Assembly (NCBI GenBank): GCA_041695225.1
Contig: JBGFRI010000048.1
Span: 1 to 64,000, forward strand
Length of the DNA stretch: 64,000 nucleotides
Reading direction: 5' to 3'
Source of the DNA: Deinococcota bacterium
GTDB lineage: Bacteria; Deinococcota; Deinococci; Deinococcales; Thermaceae
Part shown: positions 20,199 to 30,752 of the stretch, one piece after another
Layout: the number at the start of each line of letters is the position of its first letter
How positions within the stretch are numbered: position 1 is the stretch's first letter
Translations under genes and position numbers: made by a program
Notes under the pieces: model-generated
Told to the model about the DNA's origin: nothing
The model's database searches: none
The model's input: the letters and a program-made list of their open reading frames with translations, nothing else

Positions 20199-20663
20199 AT
20201 GAACCGTGGCGCTTTGCTTAAAGTTGTGGAAAAAAAGTACTCCCGTACCGACATCCCCCAGTTCAAACCGGGCGATACCGTAAAGGTCAACTACAAGGTA
20301 GTAGAAGGGAGCCGTACCCGTGTGCAGGCCTATGAAGGGGTGGTGCTCAAGGTCAAGCGCAACGGCTTCAACAGTGCTTTCACCGTGCGCAAGATTTCCT
20401 TCAACGAGGGAGTGGAGCGGGTCTTTCCCTTCAACTCACCCCTTATTGATAGCGTGCAGGTGGTAAGCCGCGGCAAGGTGCGCCGGGCCAAGCTCTACTA
20501 TCTGCGAGAGCTGCGCGGCAAGGCGGCGCGTATCCGGGGTGACCGCAAGCGCCTTAATGAGGATGTGGAAGCCCGTACTGCGGCTGCCAGGGCTGCTGCC
20601 GCCAAGCTCGAGGCCGAGCGTGCTGCACAGTCTAGCGAAGCCGAGGAACAACCCAAGGAATAG
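20199..20663 (+). CDS. rplS: 50S ribosomal protein L19
   Basis: [33 protein letters not shown]. Confidence 0.98.
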   Translation: MNRGALLKVVEKKYSRTDIPQFKPGDTVKVNYKVVEGSRTRVQAYEGVVLKVKRNGFNSAFTVRKISFNEGVERVFPFNSPLIDSVQVVSRGKVRRAKLYYLRELRGKAARIRGDRKRLNEDVEARTAAARAAAAKLEAERAAQSSEAEEQPKE

Positions 20664-20677
20664 CTATTTGCAAGCCA

Positions 20678-20716
20678 GGCCGGATAGGGAAGACCCGAGT
20701 CCGGCTTCTCTTTTCT
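20678..20716 (+). terminator. Probable intrinsic terminator after rplS
   Basis: GCCGGA...TCCGGC stem followed by TTCTCTTTTCT. Confidence 0.55.
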
Positions 20717-20770
20717 GTCGGGCTATACTGCCCTTCGCCAACCCTTTGACGAATTTGTCGTTATAGCGAT

Positions 20771-20855
20771 CCTTCGACAGGCTCAGGACAAACCCCTTCG
20801 ACAGACTCAGGGCAAGGCTCAGGCTTCGCCCTGAGCGGAGCGAAGGGGCAGGCTC
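20771..20855. repeat. Cluster of CCTTCGACAGGCTCAGG-type palindromic repeats
   Basis: ccttcgacaggctcaggaca, ccccttcgacagactcagggc, inverted ccctgagcggagcgaagggg; another copy at 59089-59104. Confidence 0.75.
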
Positions 20856-20980
20856 TGAGGCGTATGCTGAAGGGGAAGCAAACCAGATCACCTCAGTAGC
20901 CAGAGTGCTCTGGCGCCCATTCTGTACTACCTTGTCGGCCCCTTACCCACCGCGATGACGGCAGGAACGGATTTTTCTGG

Positions 20981-23900
20981 TCACTGTAATCCTTCGGTGG
21001 AATGCCAGCTTTGCAGCGACCTGACCGGCAGATCTAGCTTTTTGGCCCGCTTAATGCTCTCCAGGCTCCAGGCGGCGCCCTCGAGGGTGGTGATGAAGGG
21101 CTTGCCAGTCTCGACAGCCCGGCGGAGTTCGGGGTGGGGGCCAAGGGCAATCAACAAGTCGTAATCGCTTTCGGAGATCTCAAAACCCGCCTCTGCCCAG
21201 TCGGCTCTTATGGCATCGGCGTCAATAAAGCGCACTTTTCCGCTCGAGGGCAGCCCCTGGCCCACCCCCAGTTCGGCCCGGTAGTAGGCCAGGTAGGGGT
21301 CGGCGTCAATGCCCATGCTCTCGCCGGTAGAGCGCATCTCTGGTCCCAGCACCGGTATTACGCCAGGAAACTTTAACCAGGGGATCAGGACTTCCTTGAC
21401 CGAGTAGAAGCTGGGGGTAGGGTCGTGGGTGAAGCCCAGGTCGGCCAGGGTTTTGCCCACGGCGATCAGGGCCGCGTACTTGGCTAGCGGGTGGCGGGTG
21501 GCCTTGGAGACAAAAGGCACCGTGCGAGAGGCCCGGGGGTTGGCCTCCAGAATATAGACCTTGCCATTCTTGACCGCATACTGCACGTTGATCAGGCCCT
21601 TCACTCCCACCGCCAGAGCCAGCTTGCGGGTGTATTCCTTAACGGCTGCCAGCTGCTCGGGCAGGAGCGAGATGGGCGGCAGAATGGTAGCCGAGTCGCC
21701 GGAGTGTACCCCGGCCCGCTCGATGTGCTCCATTACGCCTGCCACTACCACCTGGGTGCCATCGCAAAGAGCGTCTACATCCAGCTCGAGGGCGTTGTCC
21801 AGGTATTCATCAAGCAGAATCGAGGGGCGCTCAGTTAAAGCGGCGTAGATTCCGTTCAGATACCAGCGCAGCTCCTCGGCGTTGTGTACTACCTGCATGG
21901 CCCGCCCTCCCAGAACGTAACTGGGCCGGGCCATCAGGGGGTAGCCAATGCTCTCGGCCAGCCGGAGGGCTTCTTCGGGGTTGCGGGCTACACTGCCTCT
22001 GGGCTGGGGGATGCCCAGCTCGGCGCAGAGCTTGTTGAACTCGGCACGGTCTTCGGCCTTGTGGATGGCCTCCCAGCTTGTTCCCAGCAGCCGGACCCCG
22101 GCCTCGGCAAGCCTCTTAGCCAGTTTCAAGGGGGTCTGCCCACCCAGGGTGGCGATAGCGCCGATGGGCTGTTCGTGATCGGTCAGGTTGAGCACCTCTT
22201 CCAGGGTGAGGGGTTCGAAGTAAAGGCGGTCGGCCGTGTCGTAATCGGTGCTCACAGTCTCGGGGTTGGAGTTCACCATGATGGTTTCATAACCGGCCTG
22301 GCGTAGCGCCCAGACCGCGTGAACCGTGGCGTAGTCGAACTCCACCCCCTGCCCGATGCGGATGGGTCCGCTGCCCAGGATCACCACCTTGGGCCGGCTG
22401 GTCTGGCTGACCTCATCCTCGAGCTCATAGGCGCTGTAGTGGTAAGGGGTGTAGGCCTCGAACTCGGCGGCGCAGGTGTCCACGGTCTTGTAAACGGGGC
22501 GGCAGCCCGCGCCTAGCCGCTGCTTGCGGGCCACTGTCTCCGATACCCCCACCAGCTCGCCCACCTGTGCATCGGAGAGACCCAGTCCTTTGATATATCG
22601 CCAGGCCTCGGCATCTTCCAGCCCCAGGCTTTCGGTTTCCAGGTCGTGCTCGGCGTCCACCACTTCCTTAAGCTGGCTCAGGAACCAGGGCTCAATCCTG
22701 GTCTTGTCATAAAGCTGCTCGACCTGCTTACCCCGTCGCAACAGCTCCAGTACTGCATAAATGCGCGTAGGGCTGGGGTAGAGCCGGGCTTCTAGTTCCT
22801 CGCTGGTATAGCTCGAGTACTCTGGCCGCACGTCGGCCTCTAAGCTACGCAGGGCCTTGCCAAAGGACTCCTTAAAGGTGCGGCCAATAGCCATGACCTC
22901 GCCCACGCTCTTCATCTGGGTGCCCAGCCGGTCGGAAAACCCGGAGGGATTCAGATTGGGCAGGGAATTGAACTTTTCGAAAGCAAAGCGGGGAATTTTG
23001 GTCACCACGTAGTCAATGGTGGGCTCGAAGCTGGCTGGGGTCTTCTGGGTGATGTCGTTAGGTATTTCGTCAAGGTGGTAGCCTACTGCCAGCAGTGCGG
23101 CAATTTTAGCAATGGGGAAGCCGGTAGCCTTGGAGGCCAGGGCGCTGGAGCGCGATACCCGGGGGTTCATCTCGATCACAATCATCCGCCCACTCTTGGG
23201 GTCAATGGCGAACTGGATGTTGGAGCCGCCCGTCTCCACCCCAATTTCGCGGATGATGGCTATGGCCGCATTGCGCATCCGCTGGTACTCCACGTCGGAG
23301 AGGGTCTGGGCGGGTGCAACCGTAATGGAGTCGCCGGTATGCACGCCCATGGGATCGAGGTTTTCAATGGAGGTGATCACCACCACAGTGTTGTTTTTGT
23401 CGCGCATGACCTCGAGCTCGTACTCTTTCCAGCCCACGATGGACTCTTCCACCAGCGCGGAGTGGGTGGGAGAGAGCGAGAGGCCGCGGCTGAGGGTCTC
23501 GACAAACTCCGCCTCGTTTTCGGCAATACCGCCGCCGGTGCCGCCCAGGGTAAAGCTGGGCCGCACCACCACCGGATAGCCGGTAACCTGGCGGGCAAAA
23601 GCCAGCCCGTCCTCGAGGTTGTGTACCATCTTGCCGCGGGGTACTTCCACCCCAATGTTAATCATGGCCTGCTGGAATTCCTGCCGGTCTTCACCTTTTT
23701 TGATAGCGGCGGCATTGGCGCCGATCAGTTCCACCCCGTACTTTGCCAGAATGCCCCGCTGGTGCAGGGCCATCGCTAAGTTAAGCGCGGTCTGGCCTCC
23801 CAGGGTGGGCAGCAGGGCGTCCGGGCGCTCTTGCGCGATGATTTTCTCCAGGAACTCGGGGCTAAGGGGCTCGAGGTAGGTAGCTTCCGACAGCTCCGGG

Positions 23901-24070
23901 TCGGTCATGATGGTTGCGGGGTTAGAGTTGGCCAGCACCACCTGGAAGCCCGCGCTACGCAGGGCCTTGATGGCCTGGGTGCCAGAGTAGTCGAACTCGG
24001 CGGCCTGACCAATAGTGATGGGGCCAGAGCCAATAATCATTATTTTCTTGAGGTCGGTGCGGGCGGGCAT
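20981..24070 (-). CDS. carB: Carbamoyl-phosphate synthase large subunit
   Basis: [37 protein letters not shown], duplicated ATP-grasp; start MPARTDL. Confidence 0.98.
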   Translation of the reverse strand: MPARTDLKKIMIIGSGPITIGQAAEFDYSGTQAIKALRSAGFQVVLANSNPATIMTDPELSEATYLEPLSPEFLEKIIAQERPDALLPTLGGQTALNLAMALHQRGILAKYGVELIGANAAAIKKGEDRQEFQQAMINIGVEVPRGKMVHNLEDGLAFARQVTGYPVVVRPSFTLGGTGGGIAENEAEFVETLSRGLSLSPTHSALVEESIVGWKEYELEVMRDKNNTVVVITSIENLDPMGVHTGDSITVAPAQTLSDVEYQRMRNAAIAIIREIGVETGGSNIQFAIDPKSGRMIVIEMNPRVSRSSALASKATGFPIAKIAALLAVGYHLDEIPNDITQKTPASFEPTIDYVVTKIPRFAFEKFNSLPNLNPSGFSDRLGTQMKSVGEVMAIGRTFKESFGKALRSLEADVRPEYSSYTSEELEARLYPSPTRIYAVLELLRRGKQVEQLYDKTRIEPWFLSQLKEVVDAEHDLETESLGLEDAEAWRYIKGLGLSDAQVGELVGVSETVARKQRLGAGCRPVYKTVDTCAAEFEAYTPYHYSAYELEDEVSQTSRPKVVILGSGPIRIGQGVEFDYATVHAVWALRQAGYETIMVNSNPETVSTDYDTADRLYFEPLTLEEVLNLTDHEQPIGAIATLGGQTPLKLAKRLAEAGVRLLGTSWEAIHKAEDRAEFNKLCAELGIPQPRGSVARNPEEALRLAESIGYPLMARPSYVLGGRAMQVVHNAEELRWYLNGIYAALTERPSILLDEYLDNALELDVDALCDGTQVVVAGVMEHIERAGVHSGDSATILPPISLLPEQLAAVKEYTRKLALAVGVKGLINVQYAVKNGKVYILEANPRASRTVPFVSKATRHPLAKYAALIAVGKTLADLGFTHDPTPSFYSVKEVLIPWLKFPGVIPVLGPEMRSTGESMGIDADPYLAYYRAELGVGQGLPSSGKVRFIDADAIRADWAEAGFEISESDYDLLIALGPHPELRRAVETGKPFITTLEGAAWSLESIKRAKKLDLPVRSLQSWHSTEGLQ

Positions 24071-24116
24071 ACCAAGGGGAAAGAATAACACTTACGCATG
24101 GCTTTGACCACTAGTG

Positions 24117-24155
24117 ATTGCATAGTATTGCAGGAATGGTGTATAAAAAGGCGAC
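24117..24155. promoter_or_regulatory. Candidate tandem ARG boxes upstream of carB
   Basis: ATTGCATAGTATTGCAGG-3 nt-GGTGTATAAAAAGGCGAC. Confidence 0.45.
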
Positions 24156-24227
24156 ACCTGGTGAAGCCCGAGGTGTTAATCAGTATTGTGAGCCGGGGAG
24201 CTTTTACCCATGGCGTAAGTGATACCC

Positions 24228-24250
24228 TTATTGAGAGTCGTTCGCAATAA
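24228..24250. promoter_or_regulatory. Inverted repeat upstream of ferritin, Fur-family operator candidate
   Basis: TTATTGAGA-GTCGT-TCGCAATAA immediately before the RBS. Confidence 0.5.
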
Positions 24251-24265
24251 GAAAAGGAGTGTAAA

Positions 24266-24763
24266 ATGCCAAGAACCATGCAGTCGCTAGTCTCGAGCAA
24301 GCTGGCCCAGAAACTTCAGGAGCAGATTGGCCACGAGCTGGGTGCCCACCAGAAATATCTTGCTATTGGCACCTATTTTGCCCAGCGGAACCTGGACCGG
24401 TTTTCGGCCTTGTTTTACAAACAGGCCGAGGAAGAAAAAGAACACGCCATGAAGATTGTAAAGTTCCTGACCGATGCTGGCGAAACAGCCCACTTCCCGG
24501 CCATTGAGGCAGTATCGAGTGAGTTCATGACGGCCGCCGATGCGGTCTCGCAGGCCGTGAGCTGGGAGCGCACCGTGACCGATCAGTTCCAGGCCATGGC
24601 CCGACTGGCCCTGGCCGAGGGCGACTTTGTGGGCTTTCAGTTCTTGCAGTGGTTTTTAGAAGAACAAGTGGAAGAGGTCAGCAGCATGGAGAAGTATCTG
24701 GCTCTTGTGGAAAGTGGGATCAACCTTTTCCAGGCCGAGGATCTACTGGAATTCGAAGACTAA
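24266..24763 (+). CDS. ftnA: Ferritin (non-haem)
   Basis: QIGHEL, QAEEEKEHAMK, WERTVT, LQWFLEEQVEE ferroxidase residues. Confidence 0.92.
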   Translation: MPRTMQSLVSSKLAQKLQEQIGHELGAHQKYLAIGTYFAQRNLDRFSALFYKQAEEEKEHAMKIVKFLTDAGETAHFPAIEAVSSEFMTAADAVSQAVSWERTVTDQFQAMARLALAEGDFVGFQFLQWFLEEQVEEVSSMEKYLALVESGINLFQAEDLLEFED

Positions 24764-24784
24764 TGCCCTGGCCATACCCAGGTC

Positions 24785-24810
24785 ACTGGGGCGAATGCCC
24801 CAGTTTTTTT
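24785..24810 (+). terminator. Intrinsic terminator after ferritin
   Basis: ACTGGGGC-GAAT-GCCCCAGT followed by a T run. Confidence 0.8.
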
Positions 24811-24826
24811 GTTTTATCCTGATAGT

Positions 24827-25126
24827 ATGCGAATCCTCAAGTCGGAGTTACTCAAACACTTTCTGCAGGACAACCCGGTGGTAGTGGACGTGCGGCCGCC
24901 CGAGCAGTACAGCCAGAACGACTTTGCCGGAGCTGTGCATCTTCCCCTAGCCGACATCCAGCACGGCAACCACAACCTTCCCAAAGACCGCCCGTTGCTG
25001 CTCATTTGTGAGCGGGGAGTCACGAGTGAGCTGGCGGGGCTCTATCTGGAAGCGGCTGGTTATGAGCTGGTCTACAACCTCGAGGGCGGCCTGCAAAAGC
25101 TTCGCCAGATTGCTGAAAGCCCGTAG
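24827..25126 (+). CDS. Single-domain rhodanese-like protein
   Basis: VVDVRPPEQY, ICERGVTS, YNLEGGL. Confidence 0.85.
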   Translation: MRILKSELLKHFLQDNPVVVDVRPPEQYSQNDFAGAVHLPLADIQHGNHNLPKDRPLLLICERGVTSELAGLYLEAAGYELVYNLEGGLQKLRQIAESP

Positions 25127-25438
25127 TTTATACCAGATCAAAACAGGTGCTTTGGCTATGCTCTGCGTAGTTCCTCTCTCTTTCCCCACCTTACAACCGT
25201 CATCGGCGGGGGCCTGTGGCTCTTGAGCAGCAGGAGAGGGCGGCTACGCCCAGGCAGCTTTTTCACTGGATAAGCCACGATGAGCGTTTTGCTGCTGGGG
25301 TGCGCTGGATGAGGGGGCAGAAGACAGCGGGCGAAAAAAAGTAACTATAAAGTCATTGGCCAAGAGCGCTGGACCGGGTCCCCTAGTCCAAAGCTGTTCC
25401 AATTTTTCAGAAGTCCAGGAAAGTCTGGTGGGAGGGCT

Positions 25439-26299
25439 CTACTGCTCCGGGCCTTTTTCAATGGGCATACCCACCGCATTGCCCCACTCGGTCCAGCTTC
25501 CGTCGTAGTTTTTGACATTGGGGAAGCCCAGCAGGTGTTTGAGTACAAACCAGCTATGGCTGCTGCGCTCGGCAATGCGGCAGTAGGCGATTACTTCCTT
25601 GTCGGGGGTCACGCCTTTGGGTTGGTAGATTGCATGAAGCTCGTCGGCGCTTTTGAAGGTACCGTCGGGGTTAACGGTAGTAGCCCAGGGTATGCTTCTG
25701 GCTCCGGGGATGTGCCCACCGCGCAGCACACCTTCCTGGGGATACTCGGGCATGTGGGTTTTTTCGCCGGTAAACTCGGCAGGGCTACGCACGTCCACCA
25801 GAGCCCCTTTGCCGGCCTTGACCTTTTCTAGATGGGCTAACACCTCGTCGCGGAAGGCCCGCAGGCTGGGGTCGCGCCGACCGGGGAGGTAGTTGCCTCG
25901 GGGATAGCTGGGTACCTCGGTGGTAAGAGGCTTGTTCTCCTGGATCCACTTGATGCGACCGCCGTTCATCAGCTTGAGATTCTTGTGGCCGCTGTAGCTG
26001 AAGAACCAGAAAGCATAGGCTGCCCACCAGTTGTTCTTATCCCCGTACAGCACAATAGTAGTGTCGTTGGAGACACCAAGACCCTCAAACAGTGCGGCCA
26101 GCTGGTGCGGCTGAATGAACTCACGTATGGTGTCGTCCCAGAGGTCGCCCTGCCAGTCAATCTTCTGGCTGCCGGGAACGTGACCGGTGTGGTAGAGCAG
26201 GATATCTTCGTTGACCTCGAGCACCTTGATCTGGGGGTCCTGGTGGTGTTCCAGCACCCAGTCGGTAGATACCAGCACATCGGGGTTTGCATAGCTCAT
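25439..26299 (-). CDS. Thiosulfate/3-mercaptopyruvate sulfurtransferase (double rhodanese)
   Basis: [44 protein letters not shown]; start MSYANP. Confidence 0.93.
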   Translation of the reverse strand: MSYANPDVLVSTDWVLEHHQDPQIKVLEVNEDILLYHTGHVPGSQKIDWQGDLWDDTIREFIQPHQLAALFEGLGVSNDTTIVLYGDKNNWWAAYAFWFFSYSGHKNLKLMNGGRIKWIQENKPLTTEVPSYPRGNYLPGRRDPSLRAFRDEVLAHLEKVKAGKGALVDVRSPAEFTGEKTHMPEYPQEGVLRGGHIPGARSIPWATTVNPDGTFKSADELHAIYQPKGVTPDKEVIAYCRIAERSSHSWFVLKHLLGFPNVKNYDGSWTEWGNAVGMPIEKGPEQ

Positions 26300-26480
26300 A
26301 GTTGGCCTCCCAGGGTTTGCAGTGTGACCAACTGCATACCTCAACCCGAACCAGCATAAGCACAATCTGGCAGAGCCTATGCTGGCACAGATTACAAAAC
26401 CTGTAAACTATGTGCAGGCTGCCAGTAGCCCACCGGCCGACAGACTGAAGTCGACAATTGAAATTGATATGATAGCTGTT

Positions 26481-27452
26481 TCACTCCGGCTGGTCAGGAG
26501 GGTTGGGTATCTCCACCACAGCCCGCACAAATGCGTCTCCAACCGCGCTCTCAGCCAGAGCCAGCGGTCCGCCAGCCTGGTAGATGCCGCTTTTTCCTTC
26601 GAAATAGAGGTTGTAGAGGTGCCCGTTTAGCATTGGATTAAGTCCATACCGCAGGTTTTCACGGTTCTGAAGTTTTTTGGCCAGGCCTTCGCCCAGCCAG
26701 ACCTCTCCTTCAATCTGGCTGACATCTGCGCTCCAAGGGCCTTCCCAGCGCGCGGCATTGGCCGAGGGTTGTACTACCAGCCAGGCCCCGGCCGCGTCGG
26801 CCTGCTCGATCAGGTCGTCGTGGAAGGCATCCAGGCAGATCAGGTTGGCAATTTTCCCCAGGCGGGTCTGGATAACCTGCCTTCCCGTCTGCCCCCTCGA
26901 CAGGAAAGCCATGCGTTCAGTGGCGGTCAGGTTTACTTTGGGGATGCGCCCCAGTACTGTGCCCTGCGGAGAAATCACCAAAGACAGGTTGTAGATAGCT
27001 TTTCCCTGGTGATGCAGGCGCCGGGCCGGTTCCCAGTCCATATGTGGGCTAAAGACGCTGCCCGCTACCACATAGGCACGGGTAGACTGGGCGGCCTCCC
27101 GAAAGGCTTGCTCGTACAAAGACCAGATTTTACTGGCCCGCAGGTGGTAAAACACAGCCGGGCTCAATAGCCTGTGCTGCAAGGCGGTCTGCCAGTCTGC
27201 CCGCAGCATCAGTAGCGCGGCTTGAAGGGTAGTTCTGGCCTGGCGCACCGCCGGGGTGGTCTCGAGCCAGAACAAGAGCGGTAGGGCGAAAGTCTCGGGG
27301 AAGGCGATAATTCGGGGTTCGCCCTTGGGCAGGCCCTGGGTAGCTGCCTGGTGCAGCTCGAGCACGTAACGCTTGAATGCTTCGGGGCTGGTATAAGGCA
27401 GGGTTTCTAGCTGGGTTTGGACGGCTATCAGGTGTACCCGCATCTTCTTCAC
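26481..27452 (-). CDS. Carbon-nitrogen hydrolase (nitrilase superfamily)
   Basis: Catalytic triad contexts AFPE, PKVNL, ICLDAF. Confidence 0.8.
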   Translation of the reverse strand: MKKMRVHLIAVQTQLETLPYTSPEAFKRYVLELHQAATQGLPKGEPRIIAFPETFALPLLFWLETTPAVRQARTTLQAALLMLRADWQTALQHRLLSPAVFYHLRASKIWSLYEQAFREAAQSTRAYVVAGSVFSPHMDWEPARRLHHQGKAIYNLSLVISPQGTVLGRIPKVNLTATERMAFLSRGQTGRQVIQTRLGKIANLICLDAFHDDLIEQADAAGAWLVVQPSANAARWEGPWSADVSQIEGEVWLGEGLAKKLQNRENLRYGLNPMLNGHLYNLYFEGKSGIYQAGGPLALAESAVGDAFVRAVVEIPNPPDQPE

Positions 27453-27620
27453 CTTACCCCAGGTCTGGTCTCGGGGCCAGACTGCCGTTCCAGGCCCAGG
27501 TGATTCCAGGGGCTAGCTCGCCTGTAACTGCTACCCTGGCTGCTCCGGCTGGCTGGTCAGAACCATAAATGTTGCTCAGGCCGACAAATCTGCTGGCAGC
27601 GTCCCTTATGCTATGGTGCA

Positions 27621-28103
27621 ATGAACCGCTGGTTCTGGCTTGCGCTGCCACTCGCAATTCTGGCTGGTATTTTGTTGTTGCAGCCTAAAGCTGCTACCCA
27701 GGTTGAGACCCTGCCCTCTTTCACTCTTAAAAATATGGACGGCCAGACGGTCAATCTGACCGATTTCAAGGGCAGACCCATTGTGCTCAACGCCTGGGCC
27801 ACCTGGTGCGGGCCCTGCCGCCGCGAGATGCCATTGCTGGTGCAGGCCGCCAGGTCTAACCCGGAGATTAATTTCGTTTTTCTAAACATTAGCGATAGCC
27901 CGGTGGCGGTAAGGGCCTTTGAAAGGGAGCTTAACCTGCAGATTCCCAATGTATTGCTCGACCCGGAGGGCAGGCTAAGCTACCCCCTCAGAATACAGGG
28001 CTTGCCGGCGACCCTTTTTTACAGTGCCGAAGGAAAGCTACTAAACCGGCACCTTGGCGAGATTAACGCCTCAGAGCTAAAGCAGATGCTCGAGGCCTTC
28101 TAA
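27621..28103 (+). CDS. Membrane-anchored TlpA/ResA thioredoxin-like protein
   Basis: N-terminal TM segment, NAWATWCGPCRREMP, GLPAT. Confidence 0.9.
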   Translation: MNRWFWLALPLAILAGILLLQPKAATQVETLPSFTLKNMDGQTVNLTDFKGRPIVLNAWATWCGPCRREMPLLVQAARSNPEINFVFLNISDSPVAVRAFERELNLQIPNVLLDPEGRLSYPLRIQGLPATLFYSAEGKLLNRHLGEINASELKQMLEAF

Positions 28104-28181
28104 GGCAGGCTCTTTTGACGCCTGACCTACCCCTGGGCAAGACGACAGTGGCCTGCAGACAGATTCTCTCTGTTCCAGCAG

Positions 28182-28574
28182 CTAGCGAGCTCGGGTCTGG
28201 TGCTCGTCCGGACAGAGTGTGCAGCGCCCGTATAGCACAATTTCGTGCTTCTCGGTCTTGAAACCTCTGGGGGCCATAAAGGAAAAGTCGCCGGGGCAGC
28301 CCTCGAGCTCAAACACCTTACCGCAGGTGGTGCAGTGAAAGTGATGGTGGTGCTTTTTCCCGGCAAGCTCGTAGCGCGGCGCCTCGCCGGGCAGTTCGAC
28401 CAGCACGGCGCTGCCCTCTTCTACCAGGCCTTTCAGGGTGCGATAGACCGTGGCGATACCTACGCTGGGCACCTTGTGGCGGGCGGCCTCGAGGACCTCG
28501 GTGGGTGAGAGCGGGCGGTCCAACTCGGACATCACATCGCGGATGGCCTGTCGTTGGCGGGTCGAACGTTCCAT
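28182..28574 (-). CDS. Fur family transcriptional regulator (Zur/Fur-like)
   Basis: TRQRQAI, GIATVYRTL, HHHHFHCTTCG, C-terminal CTLC. Confidence 0.92.
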   Translation of the reverse strand: MERSTRQRQAIRDVMSELDRPLSPTEVLEAARHKVPSVGIATVYRTLKGLVEEGSAVLVELPGEAPRYELAGKKHHHHFHCTTCGKVFELEGCPGDFSFMAPRGFKTEKHEIVLYGRCTLCPDEHQTRAR

Positions 28575-28604
28575 GGCCAACAGAATAACAAACCCGGGTC
28601 TTGA

Positions 28605-28630
28605 CATAATGATAATGCTTTATCATTATG
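28605..28630. promoter_or_regulatory. Perfect 11-4-11 palindrome, Fur/Zur-like box
   Basis: CATAATGATAA-TGCT-TTATCATTATG, overlapping TTGACA at 28601, 30 nt upstream of the Fur-family gene. Confidence 0.75.
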
Positions 28631-28858
28631 ATTAGCTTGTATAGGGGAACTGGATATGCCACGAATGGTGATGCTGGTAGATATTGTGGTACTCGGGTTC
28701 TGAGTGGCGCCAGCACAGCCCTTACAAGGTTTGACGCTATGTGTTTATTGCCGACGCAAAGGCGGGTCGGCGGGCTCTTAGCTAGGTTTGGGGCCGCTTT
28801 TGGGGTGATGCTTCTGATGAGGTCTTCTAACTCTAAAAACCTCAGTGGGTCAGACCGT

Positions 28859-29457
28859 GTGAAGACCAGCCCGCTAGCTGTGCAGTTCTGGCTATGGGGT
28901 CAGGATGCCCTGACAGGCGACCTCGAGGCCCAGGGTTTTCGCAAAACCACCAACCCCGAGGGGGTGCGCGTAGCACATACTCGCTATGCGAGTAACCTAA
29001 CCGGCAAGGGCTCGAGCATCTACTCCAAGGGAGGGTTTGGGCTGCATTCCAGCGCGGCCTGGCTACAGACGGCGCTGGGAGTAGTGGTTTACTCCAGACC
29101 TAAGGAAGCCTTCTTCTGGCTAAAGAGCGCCGCCGGGCTGCCCGAGCTGCCCGCTGGGCCCAGGGAGTTAGACTTTGCTGCTGGCCTGGCCCAGCTCCAG
29201 CCTTTTGTCTGGGCTTACGAAGCCTGGATTCTGCGGCGATACATTGGATGATGGAGTGGCCGGAGATGGGGATGATTAATCGATACGGCCCAAACCATCG
29301 CGCAAAGCAACTTCAGGGGTTGCCACGGGCCGCCCAGCGCTGCCAGCCTGCCTGGGCAGCCTGGGTACAGCCTGCAACGCTTGATCAGAGCCCGAATCTA
29401 CTAGTCCCTCAGAGCCCGAATCTACTATACCCGGACTCATCTTCACCTGCGGACTAG
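28859..29457 (+). pseudogene. Hypothetical gene frameshifted by a 44-bp insertion
   Basis: Deleting 44 bp between the CGATAC repeats (29237-42, 29281-86) joins ...WILRRY to GPNHRAKQ... in frame. Confidence 0.65.
29239..29284 (+). mobile_element. 42-bp AT-duplicating miniature element
   Basis: AT-ACATTGGATGATGGAGTGGCCGGAGATGGGGATGATTAATCG-AT; 33/42 identical to the 57771 copy. Confidence 0.8.
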
Positions 29458-29473
29458 CTGAAAGGACCTGGAG

Positions 29474-30526
29474 TCAATTTTTTGGTCCAGGCCATTTGCG
29501 GTCTATGTAATCCAGCCTGCGGCCACGTAGCAGCCAGGCCGCCATCAGGGTGGTAAGCGGAACTGCCAGCACCAGCGCCAGCGAACCTACCAGCATGGTC
29601 ATAATCTGGGCGGCAAAGGCCTCGTTGTTGATCAGTATTAAGAGCGGAACATCACTCTTGCTAATCAGCAGTAGCAACGGAAGCGAGCCCGCCGCATAGG
29701 CCAGCACCAGGGTGTTAACCAGGCTGCCAATATGATCAAAACCCACGGTCATACCGCGGGTATACAGGTCCCGCACGCTGTAACGGGGGTTGGCCTGAAC
29801 CAGCGCCTGCACTACTGCCGACTGGGTCACGGTCACGTCGTTTAGCGCGCCCAGAGCGCCCACCACCACGCCCGCCAGATAGAGCGAAATGAGGTCCAGG
29901 TTTCCTCCCAGGTGAAACTGGACCAGAAAGGCTTCCTCCGAGGTCAGGCCGGTAAACTGCATCCACTCGGTCAGCAGCACCGCCAGAACCAGGGCCACCA
30001 CGGTAGCAAAGGTGGTTCCCAGCAGGGCGGCGGTGGTTTTGCGACTGATGCCGTGGGTGAAGTAGATAGAGAGCACCAGGATGCTAAAAGCTCCCACGAA
30101 AGTGACGAGCAAAGGGTTGTTTCCGGCAGCTATTTGTGGAACAACATACAGGGCCAGTACAGCCATGCTGGCAAAGGTGCCCAGCAGACCCCGCAAACCC
30201 TGGCCCCGCCCCAGAGCTACTGTCACCAGCACAAATACCGCCAGTAGCCCCCACAAAAAGTTCATGCGGAAAGGTTCGGCAACAAAGGTTCTGCCTCCAG
30301 CCTGATAGACCACCACCTGCTGCCCGGCTCGAAAGGTACCTGCCCCGGTGGGTAACTCGGCTTGCACATACTGGCCCCGCAGCCGCACGGTGGCGCTCTC
30401 CTGGCCCAACGAGACTATATGGGCAATCGCATAAGTACCAGCTGAACTGGGGGCCGGGTCTGGCTCAGGTGCGTTCTGCCCCCAGGCCAGCCCGAGACCA
30501 ACCACAAGAACGAGCCAGAAACGCAT
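29474..30526 (-). CDS. YibE/F family membrane protein
   Basis: GALGALNDVTVTQS, GFDHIGSLVNTLVLAYAAGSLPLL; multiple TM segments. Confidence 0.9.
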   Translation of the reverse strand: MRFWLVLVVGLGLAWGQNAPEPDPAPSSAGTYAIAHIVSLGQESATVRLRGQYVQAELPTGAGTFRAGQQVVVYQAGGRTFVAEPFRMNFLWGLLAVFVLVTVALGRGQGLRGLLGTFASMAVLALYVVPQIAAGNNPLLVTFVGAFSILVLSIYFTHGISRKTTAALLGTTFATVVALVLAVLLTEWMQFTGLTSEEAFLVQFHLGGNLDLISLYLAGVVVGALGALNDVTVTQSAVVQALVQANPRYSVRDLYTRGMTVGFDHIGSLVNTLVLAYAAGSLPLLLLISKSDVPLLILINNEAFAAQIMTMLVGSLALVLAVPLTTLMAAWLLRGRRLDYIDRKWPGPKN

Positions 30527-30752
30527 GGCTCTAATCTATTCCGCTTTCTGATGAGACGATGATAGTAAAACGGAGGCCATGGCCAGAGTAAGCTTGCCTT
30601 TGGACGAAAATGATCGTCCAGCCAGCCCACACAGCCGCGGTCCTGTTGAACGCCTCAACAATCTTAGGGCAAATTCTCAGGACCAGCCTCGAGGCCTGGC
30701 CTAATAGCAGCAGTCCGGTGTATCGCGCCTGTCAAGCTGCGTTTATGCCCTT

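Noticed and set aside
20981..21300. Short carB C-terminus as a truncation or pseudogene
   Set aside because: The ORF is uninterrupted at about 1029 aa and ends in a VRSLQSWH motif like normal CarB termini; a compact C-terminal domain is more likely.
25369..25391. TGGACCGGGTCCCCTAGTCCA as a collapsed AT-element remnant
   Set aside because: The resemblance is limited to about 9 nt at each end with no AT duplication; it could be an ordinary hairpin.
30548..30575. CTGATGAG here and near 28815 as hammerhead ribozyme cores
   Set aside because: No stem II closed by GAAA and no supporting stems I/III could be built.
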